Counted from the first letter of the stretch, positions 43,921 to 59,239 are shown. The stretch: DNA of 64,000 nucleotides from Eledone cirrhosa (GCA_964016885.1 OZ024742.1:256556001-256620000), one strand, 5' to 3'. Translations and numbers: made by a program. Notes: a model not told the origin generated them from the letters alone.

Positions 43921-44494
43921 GAACAACTGACTTAAGAGAAATATAAGTTAATAAATAAATATACTCACAAGCACAATAACAACAAACACATACAAGCACA
44001 CACTATTAAACTAAGATAGAATACAATAACCAAAACACACACCAACTGTTAACACACACCAAACACTATATACACACACAAACGCATGCGCAGAAAAGAA
44101 GACAACAATAAATAAATAAATAAATAAACAGATTAAATAAACATGGTGTAAATATACAATACAACAGACGGAACATGATAGCTCCATTGACGATGTTGCA
44201 GATGTGAAACGAAAGAACTTTGTTAGACTCTATATACGTGTTGATATCTATATTATATCTGTATTTTTTACCATTGGTCAGTCAATGGTAAACATTGAGG
44301 ACCGAATGAATTAACTGATATGAAAGATACAGAAGCGAAAACCAACCAAACAGTGAGTTCTGTTATTAATTCTGGGAATATTATTACAAGAATATGACCC
44401 TCCCCAACTATAACACTATTTGTTTTGACACACGATTTCATATGAAAAACCTCGCTAAACAAATATATATATATATATATATATTTGTTTAGCG

Positions 44495-45085
44495 AGGTAG
44501 AACACTGGAAGGTAGTATCCGTAGTGGTAGAGCAGTCCATGGGACGAGTTAGGTAGAAGTGGTTACACAACAGTTAGTTCACCATACCGAGAATGATTGT
44601 TTCACCTTAGCGGATCCGTATGTTCCCTCAAGGACTCAAGTATAGACTACTCCATTCAATGGAAAGCCATCACTAAGTCCAAGTCATACGCAAGCGGCAA
44701 TCCGTCGTGTGGACTATGTATTGATGAACCAATACATATTCTAAAGAGATTACGCAATACTGATTGCTGAAATACGAATTCTTCACACGTTGTCCACACG
44801 TCTGGAAACACCTCTTACATAACTACAAAGCTCCGGATTGAATTACAACAACATCCTAATTTTCTTATCAACTAGAAACTTTCGGACTTTCGCAGGTCTC
44901 TCCCTTACAGCTCTCGCACGCAATTTACTATTGCCTGTGTGAAGTGATCGTTTCTGCGCATGCGTGTTCGTACGGTTGTTCTTTCTGTTCCATATAACCA
45001 TGTCCATTACGAGCTGAGGATCCGCTAAGGTGAAGCAATTGTTCTCGGTATGGTGAACTGACTGTTGTATAATTACTTCTCTCTC
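44495..45085 (+). mobile_element. Severely 5'-truncated PLE (family L) with inverted arms (44553-44617 / 45018-45080)
   Basis: 44645-44750 encodes DYSIQWKAITKSKSYASGNPSCGLCIDEPIHIL (GIY-YIG C-end); HHR at 45010. Confidence 0.8.
45010..45047 (+). ncRNA. Minimal hammerhead (family L), GAAA mutated to GAAG in this copy
   Basis: CGAG-CTGAGGA-T-CC-GCTAA-GG-T-GAAGC-AATT-GTT-CTCG; the inverted arm retains GAAAC. Confidence 0.7.
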
Positions 45086-45098
45086 TCTCTCTCTCTCA

Positions 45099-45208
<110 letters not shown>

Positions 45209-45211
45209 ATG

Positions 45212-47860
45212 TGTAGATAAATCTACCAAAATATACAGTAGTGTCCAATCCGTATGAAGAACTCAATGTAATCCAAATATCATGAAAAGAGAAGATGCGT
45301 TCACAAATTTTCGATAAAAATCATAGGAAAACAGCATCAAGGTAAATTAATAAAAACAATGAATGAAAACAATGAACAAGTTCCTTATATTAAAAAATTT
45401 ATCATTTTACGATCGTTTCTAGAATATATAAATGTGTGTTCGTATGTATATCATATAGATCTATGTAAAAATATTGCAAACTATCAGAGATGATGAGATT
45501 TGTTTATTGAAAAAAAACCCAACAAAGATTTAATATAATAGGTCTGTTTGGAAACAAGTTTTGAATTGACCATTAGAAAAGTAGTAAGAGGTCAAGTTGC
45601 TAGAATAGTTGTAGTAGAAATTTAATTTAGGGGTAGAGGAGTGCAGACTTATGTTTTGAATGGAAAACATACTTTGAATGAAAAGAATACTTTGGGGATG
45701 AAAAGAGGTGAAGCCGGTGAAGGGTACACGAACAATTGATGTTATTAAAGAATAATGTTAAAAACGAAGAAAAGTAACATTTTAGGGTAAGGGTATTAGT
45801 GAGAAATACCAATCGTATTTAAACCACAAGGAATCTAGATCTATAACAAGAAATTAAACTAATTGATAGGTATACTTATAGGGATAAATTTATATTAATT
45901 CATGTTGATGTGATAAATAAGAATTAGATGTTATTAAAGTATGTTGTTAAAAACGAAGGAAAATAACATTTTGGGATAAGGGTAGTAGTGAGAAATACCA
46001 ATCTTATATAAACTACAGGGAATCTAGATTCATAACAGGAAATTAAATTAATTTATATGTATAATTTTAGGTATTAATTTTAGGAAAAGAGAGCTGTAAG
46101 AGGAAAATAAAATTATGAAGTTCTCTGTAATAAAGTACTAATTATAGGTTAACTAAATTAAAGAAACTAATTATAATAATATCTAAAATATAAATGTAAG
46201 GTGTATATTAATTAGGTTTATAATATTTGAATGTTCTTCTAATTCTATGATTGCAAGATATAATTAATTCTTGTCGCTTATTTAATAGGATATCCTTAGA
46301 TTTCATTATTTCAAAAAGTTCATGGGAGCATAATCTACACTCATATCTGTTATTTTGATAAGGGGTGGCACCTTTTGATCACTCTCCAGTTCAGGTTGTA
46401 ATCGATATTCTTATTTCTATAATTATTAATTGTTTCAGCCAAGGATGTTCTATTAGCTAATGCGGCATTTTAAAAACTATGTTTGTGTGTATTAAATCTT
46501 ATTTTAAATTGGTTAGACGTAGCTCATATATATGAATAAGTGGAGCCCTTAGTTCTAATTTTACATTTATAGACTATGTTATTAATAAGACAATTTCTCT
46601 TTAATGGGCAATTTCTTTTGTTTTTACAGTTACAACCATTCGTGAATATTATATCAGGGGAGTTAGTCAAATTTGGTGTGGAATTTACTCGACTTGTTAT
46701 ATGTGAAGGAGATGGTGGTTTGTTGCGGTTTACATTTATATGCGTTGTACGTACTTATATTTTGTTGTATATTTTTGGTAGTTCAGTAGGAAAATTTAAC
46801 AGTTGATCTATTTAACATTTGATGGTATTTATGGTTTGGCCGGAAGTTTTTCTCTAGGATAGTAAATCATTTTTTTTAGGGATATTATCTTTAATTTGTA
46901 GATTAAATGGAGTATTATACCAAGTAATCCGTCTATTACGGTTTCGATATTGTTTTTTTATATGTATACGATGTATCAGGAGGTTTACTAACAGAGTTAC
47001 TATTAGTGAATTTATTATATATAGGTTTAGTTACATTAACTGATTTAGGTGTTTTAATCTGATTATTAGGAATTTTGTTAACAATGTTGTTAACATATAT
47101 GGGAGTATTAGGATGAATGGTTTTTTGAAAGTCATTATATTTTATGTGAGAAGAGGTAGAGAAATTAAGTTGGTATTTTAGGTTGGTATTTTGGGGTGTA
47201 GCGTGAGTGGTATTTAGGTGTGGGTTTTTCATTTGGTGTTTGTTGGTAATATTGGGTTGTATGTTTGAAGTATTATTGGTGCAAGGTATATAGACTAATT
47301 TGTTTTTGTGGCCGCTTCCAGCTAAAGCTTCGTTATAAAAGGGCGCATTTTTTATCGAATACATCCTGGTTAGATGACAGGTTAGAGATTCTGAGTGAGA
47401 TATTAGATGGTAGGTTTTTAAGGATAGATCTAGGGTGATTGGATTGTGAGTGTATGTCGTCAGTTTTGGTTAGGTTTATGGTAAGGTTGGTAGATATCCA
47501 TAGATAAGTCTAAAGTTATATCTAGGAAATTAACTATTTTAATGGTGTTTTCAAATGAAATAGTGAGATTATAATCGTCTTTGAGGAAAGTTCTAAGTTT
47601 TTTTTTTTATTTCTCATAGGCTAAGATTATTATGTTAAATCTTTGTTGGTTCTTTCAATAAACAAATCTCATCATTTCTGAAGACAGCATATATATATGA
47701 AGGTATGTATATTTCCTCTGATAGTTTGTAATATTTTTACATAGACCTATATGATATACATAAAACACACACATGTATATCCTAGAAACGATCGAAAATG
47801 ATGATTTGTTTAATATAAGGAACTTTTTCTTTGTTTTTATTCATAGTTTTTATTAATTTA
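45212..47860 (-). mobile_element. 5'-truncated, decayed PLE (family E) with inverted pLTR
   Basis: VNFLDITLDL, HSQSNHP, APFYNEAL, CNCKKQKKLPI, GIY-YIG remnants 46260-47630; arms 45345-45530 and 47640-47860 inverted; long-stem-II HHR at 47671-47802. Confidence 0.85.
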
Positions 47861-47875
47861 TATATATATATATAG

Positions 47876-47958
47876 ACTTTCCTGACGACGGAATGCTTCT
47901 CAATATTATTCTTCGAAAAATATATTTACTCCATTCCAGAAACTAATTAGTTGGAAGT
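47876..47958 (+). ncRNA. Hammerhead ribozyme (family M, copy 1)
   Basis: ACTTTC-CTGACGA-C-GGAATG..CATTCC-A-GAAAC-TAATTA-GTT-GGAAGT; palindromic ACTAATTAGT. Confidence 0.85.
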
Positions 47959-48398
47959 AATATTTTAGTAAGTAAGTTAATTTTATAATTTTCTTATTTT
48001 ACGTGCCTTATATTATTGTTCTGCAACCCCTTGCATTGAACCACACTGTTATTAAGACAAAACCTATATATTTGCTAGCATTGATATGCATCTGTATGTA
48101 TATATATGTTACTAGATATAAATTCTTTATTATTATCTCCAAATTATTTGTCGAGCAATATTGGCCATGACTGCTGCTACAGTTGTAGGCAGGCCGCTGT
48201 CTTATTAACAAACCACTTCCAACTGATTGACCTCGATGTCACGTGTTCGATTCTTTTTGAATTTGCCACAGACGTAGAGGCAGTGAATTTCTCAATGGCT
48301 TGGAATTCAGTCCACGCTTCGCTATTTCCTATCCACTGAATTATTTTTTAATAAGTTTCCAGTGTCCTCGCTTTGCCTGGAAACTTACATGAGAATAG

Positions 48399-48483
48399 AC
48401 TTTCCTGACGACGGAATGCTTCTCAATTTATTATTCTTCGAAAAATATATTTATTCCATTCCAGAAACTAATTAGTTGGAAGT
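48399..48483 (+). ncRNA. Hammerhead ribozyme (family M, copy 2)
   Basis: Same architecture as copy 1. Confidence 0.85.
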
Positions 48484-48569
48484 GATATTTTAGTAAGTAA
48501 GTTAATTTTATAATGTTCTTATTTTACGTCTCTTATATATATACATATATATTTATATATATATATATA

Positions 48570-50350
48570 AATTATGAAAATTCTATGTTCTCTCTCTTAC
48601 AAAATACTAATTACTATGAAAGAGTAAAAAACTACCAGCAATCAAAAATAATGACCAAATTAAACACACTGATTTATCGATACCAGGAAGACCTAACTAA
48701 AAAGGAACGCGATTATTTAACAAATTTTGAATACAAAACCAACAACCTTTACGGACTTCCGAAGATCCACAAGTGTAAAATAATCAACGATGCCTGTAAA
48801 CAATCGACCTCAGCCTGCGTGAACACACAATACCCCACATACCTTAAATTAAGACCAATTGTAGCGGGCCCACAATGTGAAACACACAGATTGAGCAACT
48901 TTATAGACATACTACTGAAACCAATACTGAAACACATACCAAGCCTTGTAAGAGACGATCTGGACCCCTTAAACCACCTCCCCAAACATGTCAACAACGA
49001 CACTATTATTGTGTCTTTCGATGTAGTGAATCTCTACACAACGATCCCACACCAATACGGACTAGAAGCAATAGGATTCTGGCTAGAGAAATATCCCAAT
49101 GAGATACCTGGCAGAATAGAAAAAAGCTTCATCACCGAGGGATTAAAATTCATCCTACAGAACAACTTTTTTGATTTCGATGGCAATACTTACAAGCAAA
49201 TATCGAGGACTGCGATGGGTTCAAAAGCCGCTCCAACTTATGCCAACTTAGTCTTGGCATACTTAGAAGTCCAGATATATGAACAGTCCAAATCAAAATA
49301 CGGATTGAACTTCCACAAATATTTATCAGAGAATTGGAAACGCTACTTGGATGATTGCCTCATTCTTTGGTCCCACACACTCGACCAACTGAAGGATTTC
49401 AAAAACTTAATAAACGGCATCAATAACCACATCCAATTCACAATTGAATACAGCCAAGATCAACTCCCATTTCTGGACATCTTAATCTGAAAAAGAGACA
49501 CAAATATCGAAACTGACATACACTACAAGCCAACAGATTCCAAACAATATCTGCTATGCACCTCCAACCATCCAAAGCACACGAAGACAAACATTCCTTT
49601 TAACCTAGCAAGAAGAATTTGCACAATGGTCTCCAATTATGAAACGCGAAATAAAAGACTTCAATAATTAAAGGAAATTCTACTCGTGAGAGAGTACCCA
49701 CTATTACTAATAAATAATGGAATAGAAAGGGCTAAAGCAATAGGCATTGATGAATTACGGAAACAGAAACAAATGCAAGGTACGTCCAATATTCTATCAT
49801 ATATCTCAACACACAACCCAAGAAATGCGGAAGCTTACAACACTATTCACAATAACATACCACTACTAAAACAAAACCCAAGAATGAAAAAAGCCCTTGA
49901 AACACACAAAACAATCACAAGCAAAAGACAACCAAAATCACTGAAAACATTACTCACCAATGCCAAATTACCTACCACAAACCCACAACCAAGTATCAAA
50001 AAATGTGGTCGCTCTAATTGTGGAACCTGCACTCTCCTCATTGAAGGCAACACGTATACATTTAAAGCAGGACAAAATTTTACTGTAAAAAATCACTTCA
50101 ATGTGATTATATAGGACAAACTAAACTCACACTCAGAAACAGAATGACAGTTCATCGCCAACAATTACGAGATCCAACCACGAGACAAATACCACTAAGT
50201 GCACATCTAGACATTTGCGCAAGTAATAAGACACCCAAATTCCAAGTCTTCCCATTTTACCTTTGCGCTAACAATACAACAGAACAACTGCGAATAAATA
50301 AGGAAAATATGTTTATTCAAAAATATAGACCAACATTAAATAAGGTTTAA
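48570..50350 (+). pseudogene. PLE reverse transcriptase / GIY-YIG with stops at ~49488 and ~49665 and a deletion near 50100
   Basis: LYGLPKIHK, LRPIVAG, SFDVVNLYTTIP, TAMGSKAAPTYAN, WKRYLDDC, LPFLDILI, CGRSNCGTC, YIGQT. Confidence 0.93.
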
Positions 50351-51415
50351 TATACATTATGTCAACACCATAATATGACATACACACACACACATAACAC
50401 CTTCTACTTTAGAAAATAAAAACCCGAACTAAATAAACCTTAACATACGTCTGCACTGACAATACAACAGCAAACACGAATAAGGAAAATATGTTCGTTC
50501 AAAATTATTCCTACTAAAGGAATCACTTTCCTACACACACACATACACACACACACACAATATATATATATATATATATATTCTCTCCATCTTAACATAC
50601 TCGCACACATAACACCCATATACACACACACACAACTCCCTCCCCCATCACTACTAATAGAATCATCTTCCAATACACACACACACACACACGCACGCAC
50701 ACACACATACACACACACAAGCACACAAATAAAGATACATATCTTCACTTCAATAGAAAATCTGAACTCTGACACCCCAGCGAACTAACCATATTCACTG
50801 AACCAGAACAATTCTCCCAATCCTTTTTCTCTTGACCACTAACTTTCCATTGTCATAACATTCACTATAAAGACTACAGAATAGTTTTCCAATCAGGGCG
50901 CAAAAATGTAATGAAAACTTGTTCACGTGACAGCCAAATTTCATTTATAACCAACCAAAAAAATGCCTTCGTGAGCCTCCTTTTTTCAAGTAAAAAGAAA
51001 TTCAAACACTCACATATGAAAAAACAACCTGTGACAACTCCCCTCTTATTTGAAGAACTATTGTAACGCGAACTGGCGCGAAATTTATTATAATTATTGA
51101 CAAACCAATCAAATTACTTCTCGAAAAACCTGGCATTTCGAGCCACTTTTTCCATATAAAACAAGTAACATTCAGTGACCAACCAGATGTGAGAAAAACC
51201 ACAGACCCTCCATCTCAACTCACTTTTTGAAAAGCAGAAGAACTGCGAAACCGCTAAAGGAACCAAATAAATATATATATTTAAAAAAAAAATAAGACTC
51301 CAGTTGCATTTTCGATTTCATCTCTTTTTCTTTATACTTTCACTCGTGTAGGACACCTCGGTTATTTTTCATTTTGTAAAGAAAAAAAAAAAAAAAGAAA
51401 ACCTCACTTTCTAAT
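48570..51415 (+). mobile_element. 5'-truncated PLE (family F), Neptune-like Cys linker
   Basis: RT + thumb + CX4CX2C + GIY-YIG remnant, ~1-kb 3' UTR ending in the family F HHR tail (51223-51260). Confidence 0.92.
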
Positions 51416-51445
51416 ATATATACATATATATAGTTTTACCCGCCC

Positions 51446-51520
<75 letters not shown>

Positions 51521-51523
<3 letters not shown>

Positions 51524-54290
51524 ACGAGTAAAACACCCGAGATCCATGGACGAGTTCTCTCCAGCGGTCTCTGTCCCTCGTTATCGTTGCCATGTCCTGC
51601 GTCTCCAACATACCAATGTCTGTCCTTTAGGCATTAATATACGTTAACCTTGGTATACGCCTTCCAGAGTGTCCATGTAGGGGCTCTCACAGGAGCACTG
51701 AGTGCAATGTCAAATTTGGATGTCGGTGAGCATGTCCAGCTAATCTCAATCTCCTCCGTGTCACTTTTGGACGGACGTTTCGGAGGCTCCCATACAGTTC
51801 TGAGATTTTCATCCTCAGTGTCTACTGATTAATGCTCACAGCCATCCTCACCATTCTCGTGTAGCACCCTTCCACCATCTGAGTGAGTTTCTTGGTCAGT
51901 GTCCAAGTCAGTGTCCAAGTCTCAGACCCGTACAGCAGCACAGACTCCACTACAGCAATGAAGAGGCGGATGTTCAGGTCTTTACGAAGGTCCGACTGCC
52001 AAAACTATATCGTCGGCAAATTCAGCATCCGATATCGTTTAGGCCTTAACTCTCCTCTCTGAGCTGGTGCTACACTAAAACCAGAGTCCTGGTGTTTCTC
52101 CAGTACAAGGCGCATACAATAGTCCACTACGATGATAAAAAGATAGGGAGCCAATGTATCTCCCTGGATCACTCCAGCCAGTATCTCAAAGAACTCTGTC
52201 ATCCCATCAGGTGTAATGACTTGGGCTTTGGTGTTGGTGTGGAGCAGTGATATCAGGTCCATTATCTTCTTGGGATTCTATAAGCCTGTAAGATCTTCAT
52301 CAGGCAGTGATGGTCCACAGAATCAAAGGCCCTCCTAAATTCAATGAAAACCATGACAGCAGGAAGGCACTTTGCTCTAGCTCCCTGTAATATCCTCCTC
52401 AGCATCAGGATGTGACTAGTGGTTGATCTTCCCTCTATGAAGCCGTTCTGGTTGTGCCCGAGCTTCTTCTTCTCCATCTCAGGCTGGATCCTGTTAAAAA
52501 TCATGCTGTTGAGGGTCTTTGCCACAAGTGACATCAGTGAGTCCCCCTGTAGTTGTTGGTGTTAGAGATATCTCCCTCCTTTGGCACTGGAACGATGTTA
52601 CTGATCCTCCACTGATTCGGGGCAACTCCTTTCCCCAGAGCCGGGTTACAGAACCCCAGGATGATATCATCAAAATAACGCCCCTTCATCACCTCTGATG
52701 CCACTCCATTTTCTCCATGAGCCTTGCCCTCCTTGATCTTCTTCTTGGCTCTCTGAAGCTCCTCTCTAGGGAAGGGCTCTGTCTCAATATCCAGTTCTTC
52801 AAACAGCCGCCTGATCTCCCCAGTGCTCTGGGCTGTGGAGGGCGGCTCTTCTAGTTGGGTCCTAAAATGGTCTAGCTATTTCCTATTCCTATCCTCGGGC
52901 CCTGTTCCCTGGATCTGACTCGAACACCTTCTCTTTCTCCCTGTGATCTCGTTGATGATAACCAGCTCTCCTTACATCCAGACCTGTCAACCGCTCTCTC
53001 CACACATCAGACCTTCTCTATCAGTGCCTCCTCTCTGGCCTCAGTGTAAGCGGTACAAAGTTCTTCCCTCATCACTTCCACAGTCTCCATCCTCTCCTCC
53101 GTAGGATCAGCATAGAATTGGACCTTGGCAGCTTTCAGGTGTTCTCTGGCTGCACACACTTTTGGGTTTGCAGAGCTGATGTGCTTCCTTTTGTTCTTTC
53201 TCCTCGGCACCAGGGTCTCACTTCCTTCTGCCTCTGCATTGGTGAAGTGCCTGTACCTCCTCGTCACACTCTCCTCAGTCCGTCTAATCTCTCTCTCATC
53301 TGTCTCTCCACACAGAGCACTGAACCTGTTCCTCACTTCCACTGTGAACCTCTCCTGTAGTGTATCACCTTCCTTGAAAGCTCCACAATCATAGATTGCC
53401 CTCCGGGGCTAAGCCTTGCTCTTTCTTAAGCTCACTCGGACCTCACTCATAACAAGCCGGTGGTCACTACCCATTCTACTGAAATAGTTGTATGGTTCTG
53501 TGTTCAGAACACTATTCCGCCACTTCTTCCTCACCGGAATGAAATCAATCTGGGACTTTGACAGGTGCATATCGGAGATGTAGGTCCACATCTTCCCCGG
53601 ATTCTTCCTAAACCTTAGGTTGGCCGCTATCAAGTTCGCCTCCAGCAAGGTGTCTCTCAGTAGTGTTCCATTTCGGTTCGTATTGTTATGGAAGTACCCG
53701 CAACGATCTTCACTGCCCCCCTTACTCAGATGTGCATTGAAGTCTCCCAAAACAAGCAGGATGTTGTGTGCTTGTGTGGTATGACAGCTCTACACACCTC
53801 CTCATGGAAAACTTCTGCACTCACGTCACTGTCTCCCTAGGTTGGACTTTTGGCTGAGATGACTGTCAGTATTGGGTTTCCATTGAAGGTCACCCTCAAC
53901 ACTCGCGGGGAGACAGGTATTATTTCCCTCACCAATAGACTGGTTTTTGTGCTGAAAACAAACCCACTCCTCCCACTGCAGCATTGGTCATGTTCCTAAC
54001 TGCTGATATGGTGATGACCTCGCTCATCTTCCCAATCATCCCACTCCTCACGGGCTCATCGTGTAGGATCGTGTGTTCTTGAATCGCAAGTATCTGTCTA
54101 CCACTCTCCTCGAACAGATGTCCCAACTCTCTTCTCCAGCGTCCGAATAGTCCTCACATTCAAGTGCCCATTTTGATGGCTCTTCTGCAGGGCCAAACTG
54201 CATTCTTTATATACGTATCAGAGACAGCCGATCCACTGGCCTTCCCTGTGGCTCTAAGCCAGCAGAGTCATAACGACCATGAAGTATTTC
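51521..54290 (-). mobile_element. Decayed RTE-like LINE (APE + RT)
   Basis: LAIQEH, GDFNAH, SQIDF, SDHRLV, FIEFRRAFDSVDH, QGDTLAPYLF, FADD, DRDRWRELV; many frameshifts. Confidence 0.9.
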
Positions 54291-54622
54291 CGTAGGAAGG
54301 GTAAAGAAAGGAAAGTGCTCTATGTATACTACAGAGTTATTTAATTATGTAATAAACAACATAAGACAATTATTCCATTTACCAAAGTTTTCACGAAGAG
54401 ATACAAGCTCAACACGGACGTCTGAAATCGCTCATTAAAATGAAAAATGTAATATAGACGTAAGACATGAATTTAAAAACAAAGGCCACAAATAATTCAG
54501 AGCGATACTGATATATAAAACAATAAAGATGAGAAATAAAATAAAATAAAGGGAAGAAAATACACATTGAAGTAGAGCGTAATGTTATGGGGGAAAATAA
54601 TAAATATATATATACACCCCCC

Positions 54623-54719
<97 letters not shown>

Positions 54720-55109
54720 ATATATATATATACATATATACACATAAACATACGTACATATATATACACACATATATATACACATACATACATACACATA
54801 AACATACGTACATATACACGCATATATACACAAATCCATACTGATGTGCATACACAGAGACGTACACACACACACACACACATATATATATACATATATA
54901 TATACATACACACATATACATAGATACAAATATAAGCGTAATTCGCGTTATTATATGTATCCAACTATCCAGACAGGCGAAAAAAAATAAAATAAAAATA
55001 AAAAATAAAAAGTAAAAAAACAAAAAAATAGTAAAGGATTAATACAAACACACTCGCAAACACGAGCAACTTCTACTTAAACGCTGAATTTATTTCAAAA
55101 TCAAAATCC

Positions 55110-57980
55110 AAAGGATCGACATGACCTCATTGCTCGGGTTTTCCATGAAAAACAAAAAAAAAACTCATCTGGCTCCTAAAAGAAGGAATAATCTTTGATG
55201 AGCTTAGTGCTTGGATGAACACTATTGAGTGGCAGAAGAGAGGTCTTCCGCAATCTCACACACTAATCTGGTGCAAGGAGAAGATCAGACCAGATGATGT
55301 TGATAAGATCATTTCAGCAGAGTTGCCTGATAAAGGTGGTGATCTAGAGCTCTTTGAAACCATCAATTCCAAACTCATTCATGGTCCATGTGCAGTCATC
55401 AATCCAGCCTCTCCCTGCATGAAAGATCAAAAATGCAGCAAACATTATCCTAGAGCTTTTATTCGGGAAAGTCGGACTGACAATAATGGATACCCCCTTT
55501 ATCTTAGGCGTATACCAGATAATGGAGGCAATACTGCAAGCCTATCAGTTCGAGGAGAGCAGCTGACCATAAACAATCAGTGGGTCGTCGCACACAACAA
55601 ATAGTTATGTAAACTGTTAAAAGCTCATATCAATGTTGAGTATTGCAGCTCCGTCAAGGTAATCCTATATGTCACAAAATATATAAAAAAAGGCAGTGAC
55701 ATGGCTACCTTTATTACTGACAAAGAACTCAATGATTGTGGGCTGGATGAGGTCAAACGGTATCAAACAGGTCGATACATCTCCAGCAATGAAGCTATCT
55801 GGCGAATCTTTGGATTTGATATCCACGAACGCTATCCAACAGGGGTCAACCTCGCAGTCCTTCTGGAAAATGGACAGAGTGTGTACTTCACTAAGATCAC
55901 TGCTCATCAGTTGGCACAAGCATCACATGACACTACACTAACTGCTTTCATTAAACTCTGCCAGAATGATGAATTTGCTCGATCCCTCCTATATGCTGAA
56001 GTCCCAACATACTAGATCTGGACCAATTGCAAGACCTGGAATCGAAGAAAGCAGGGTCATTTAGTGGAAGGTCATGAAGTCAAGTCAAGTGATACTATTG
56101 GGCGTGTTTACAATGTCCATCCCAACTACAGAGAATATTTTTATTTACGGCTACTTCTGCATACTGTTCGAGGACCAACGTCATTTGAGGATCTTAGCTG
56201 CTTCAGAGGAGGGGAGTGCGCAACATACCAAGAAGTATGTAAACAGCATGGACTTCTGCATGACAATGGACACTGGAAGAAGTGCCTAGAAGAAGCAGCA
56301 ATCACTCAAGTAGCCAGTCACATAAGACAATTATTTGCTATTATGCTCACAGCATGTGTATTTGATGAAGCTCATCTACTCAGGCAGGAGTACATAAACA
56401 ATATGTCTGACGACTACCTACACCTAGCCCGAAGACATCATGGCAATATGCATATGGAATATACGCTCAGGATATACAATCAAGCTCTCTGTGACCTGTC
56501 CCATCGAATTCAGGCAATGAATAGCACTTTAGCTACCTGCGGGATGCCAGAGCCAGATGAAGAAATGGATGTAGCACAAGACATTTTTCAGGAGACAAAC
56601 TACGATATTCAAGCATTGCGTAAGTTTGTGGATGAAAATGAACCTCGATTGATGGATCACCAGAAATACGCCTACAACATCATCGAAAACATTCAAAATG
56701 ACAGGGGAGGACTTTTCATCATCGATGCCCCTGCTGGCACAGGGAAGACATTCCTCATAAACCTCCTGCTTGCAAAAGTTCGCCAAAAGCAACAGAGTGC
56801 TCTTGCTGTGGCTTCAAGTGGAATTGCAGCAACACTTCTGGATGGAGGAGAACTGCACACTCCATGTTTAAGCTGCCCATAGATCTCACAGGGCATGAAC
56901 AATCTTTTTGCAACATCAAGAAGAACTCATCCAAGGTCAAGCTTCTGCAATCATGCAACATGATAATTTTGGATGAAGCTACTATGAGCCATAAAGGAGC
57001 AATTGAAGCTTTGGACCGGACGATAAGGGATCTGAGAGAAAATAGTTGCATAATGGGAGGAGTGACAATGGTTCTTGCTGGTGATTTCAGACAAACTCTG
57101 CCTGTAATTCTTCCAGGGAGTCGAGCTGATAAGGTCAATGCCTGTCTGAAAACATCCTAGCTATGGCCCCACTTTCAGCTGCTGAGCCTTACAACCAACA
57201 TGCGAGTGCACTTAACTGGTGACGAAGGTGTCAGTGAGTTTGCCATCCAACTACTTATATTGGGAAATGGACTTCTTGAAAAGGTCTCCAATGACCATAT
57301 TCAGTTTTTATTTGGTCATATCATTGACACAGAACAAGAACTGGTTGCTAGAGTGTTTCCAAACATTCAGACCAGGCAATGTGATCGGAAATGGCTCTGT
57401 TAACGAGCAATGTTAACACCTAAAAATGTTGCTGTGAAAGAAATCAACAGAAGGCTGCTGGAGATGTTACCGGGAGAGAAAATATGCTACAAATTAGTTG
57501 ACCAGGTTGTAAACTAGCCAACTGAATTTTTGAACAGTCTTGAACAAGCGGGAATTCCTCCACACAACCTGATACTGAAGCGTGGAGCATCGGCTATGCT
57601 ACTTCGCAGTCTGGATCCTCCAAAGCTTTGTAATGACACAAGACTCAGCATCAACAATATGATGTCCAATGTTCTAGAAGTTGCAATCATGTCAGGAAAA
57701 TTTGCTGGTGACAATAGTTTGATTCCCAGAATACGTCTGAAGCCAACTGATTTGCCATTTGAATTTCAAAGACTTCAATTTCTGATCAGGCTCAGCTTTG
57801 CCACGACCATTAATAAATCTCAAGAGCAATAATTGAAAGTCGTTGGGTTGTATCTGGCAGATCCTGTCTTTTCACATGGTTAACTCTATGTTGGCAGAAC
57901 AAGGGTTGGAAACACTGATTGTCTCTTCATTGTGGCACCACAGGGAAAAAATGTTCTTTATCCAGAGGCTTTGGATTGAG
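55110..57980 (+). pseudogene. Helitron Rep-Pif1 helicase remnant
   Basis: EWQKRGLPQSH, YVTKYIKKG, GRYISSNEA, DAPAGTGKT, ILDEATM, GDFRQTLPV, TINKSQ; multiple stops; termini not identified. Confidence 0.92.
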
Positions 57981-58394
57981 CAATGTCGTAATTCCTCATT
58001 CAATAACAATACACACACATCCTAATTCCTTAGTCATGTAGTTTGCAAGGAATTCTGAAGACGCAGCGTGACGGTGGATTACGAGAGCTTAACTGTGTGC
58101 CTATTAAAACTATTATGGAACCTGTGTTTCCTCTGGAAGCATGTAACAAAGCGGGCCACCAGTTCTTTGAGTAAACAACACCATACTTCGGGACAGGGCA
58201 TATCAAATTACCGAAATAACGGAGGTAAATTTTGTTCGATCATTAGGTTTTTCTGCTTTTCCTCTATAATTTTTAGGTGCCTGGTGAGCTCATAGCTGTT
58301 GAATAATAGTTATCACCGAAATATATATAACATCGAATATAATAAACATATGAATAAACGAAGTTAACTTAAACATGTTGACTTACACTTTTTG

Positions 58395-58492
<98 letters not shown>

Positions 58493-58505
58493 TACACACA
58501 CACAC

Positions 58506-58536
<31 letters not shown>

Positions 58537-58796
58537 TGCGCATTTATACATGCATGAACACAGAATTATATACACTTCAATATACATATATAACAAAACA
58601 TTCAGATACACACATACAATAACATCCATATATGCACGAACACACACGCACCCAAACACACACACACGTACATTCCAATGTATTTACCTCGCTGCTGTTG
58701 TCTAAATTCCAATGGAATGCCCAGTGTCCATATTAGAATCTGGTCCTTTTTTATGAAATAACTGCAAAAGAATATATATGCATATATATATATATA

Positions 58797-59225
<429 letters not shown>

Positions 59226-59239
59226 CTATAACCTCCTCC

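Larger units (their letters stand above)
40985..44463 (+). mobile_element. PLE (family K) with direct pLTRs (40985-41280, 44170-44463), RT core deleted
   Basis: Direct repeats containing HHR and ORF start; PPLYGLRKDHK pre-RT motif then jump to the C-terminal linker; GIY-YIG YIGETARS. Confidence 0.88.
47873..48540 (+). mobile_element. Non-coding tandem HHR unit (family M), ~523-bp period
   Basis: ~135-bp direct repeats at 47873-48010 and 48396-48537, each with an HHR; TA-rich flanks. Confidence 0.85.

Noticed and set aside
49488-49490. In-frame TGA in the PLE RT as possible selenocysteine (some Naiad PLEs are selenoproteins)
   Set aside because: The same copy has a TAA stop and a deletion, the position is not a conserved Cys, and the GIY-YIG is C-terminal; ordinary decay is simpler.
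54375-54445. Very degenerate HHR-like motifs (54375-54445 minus; also ~58280-58335, ~25690-25760, ~7650-7670, ~12815-12835)
   Set aside because: Core or stem I too eroded or truncated to call; not counted among the HHRs.
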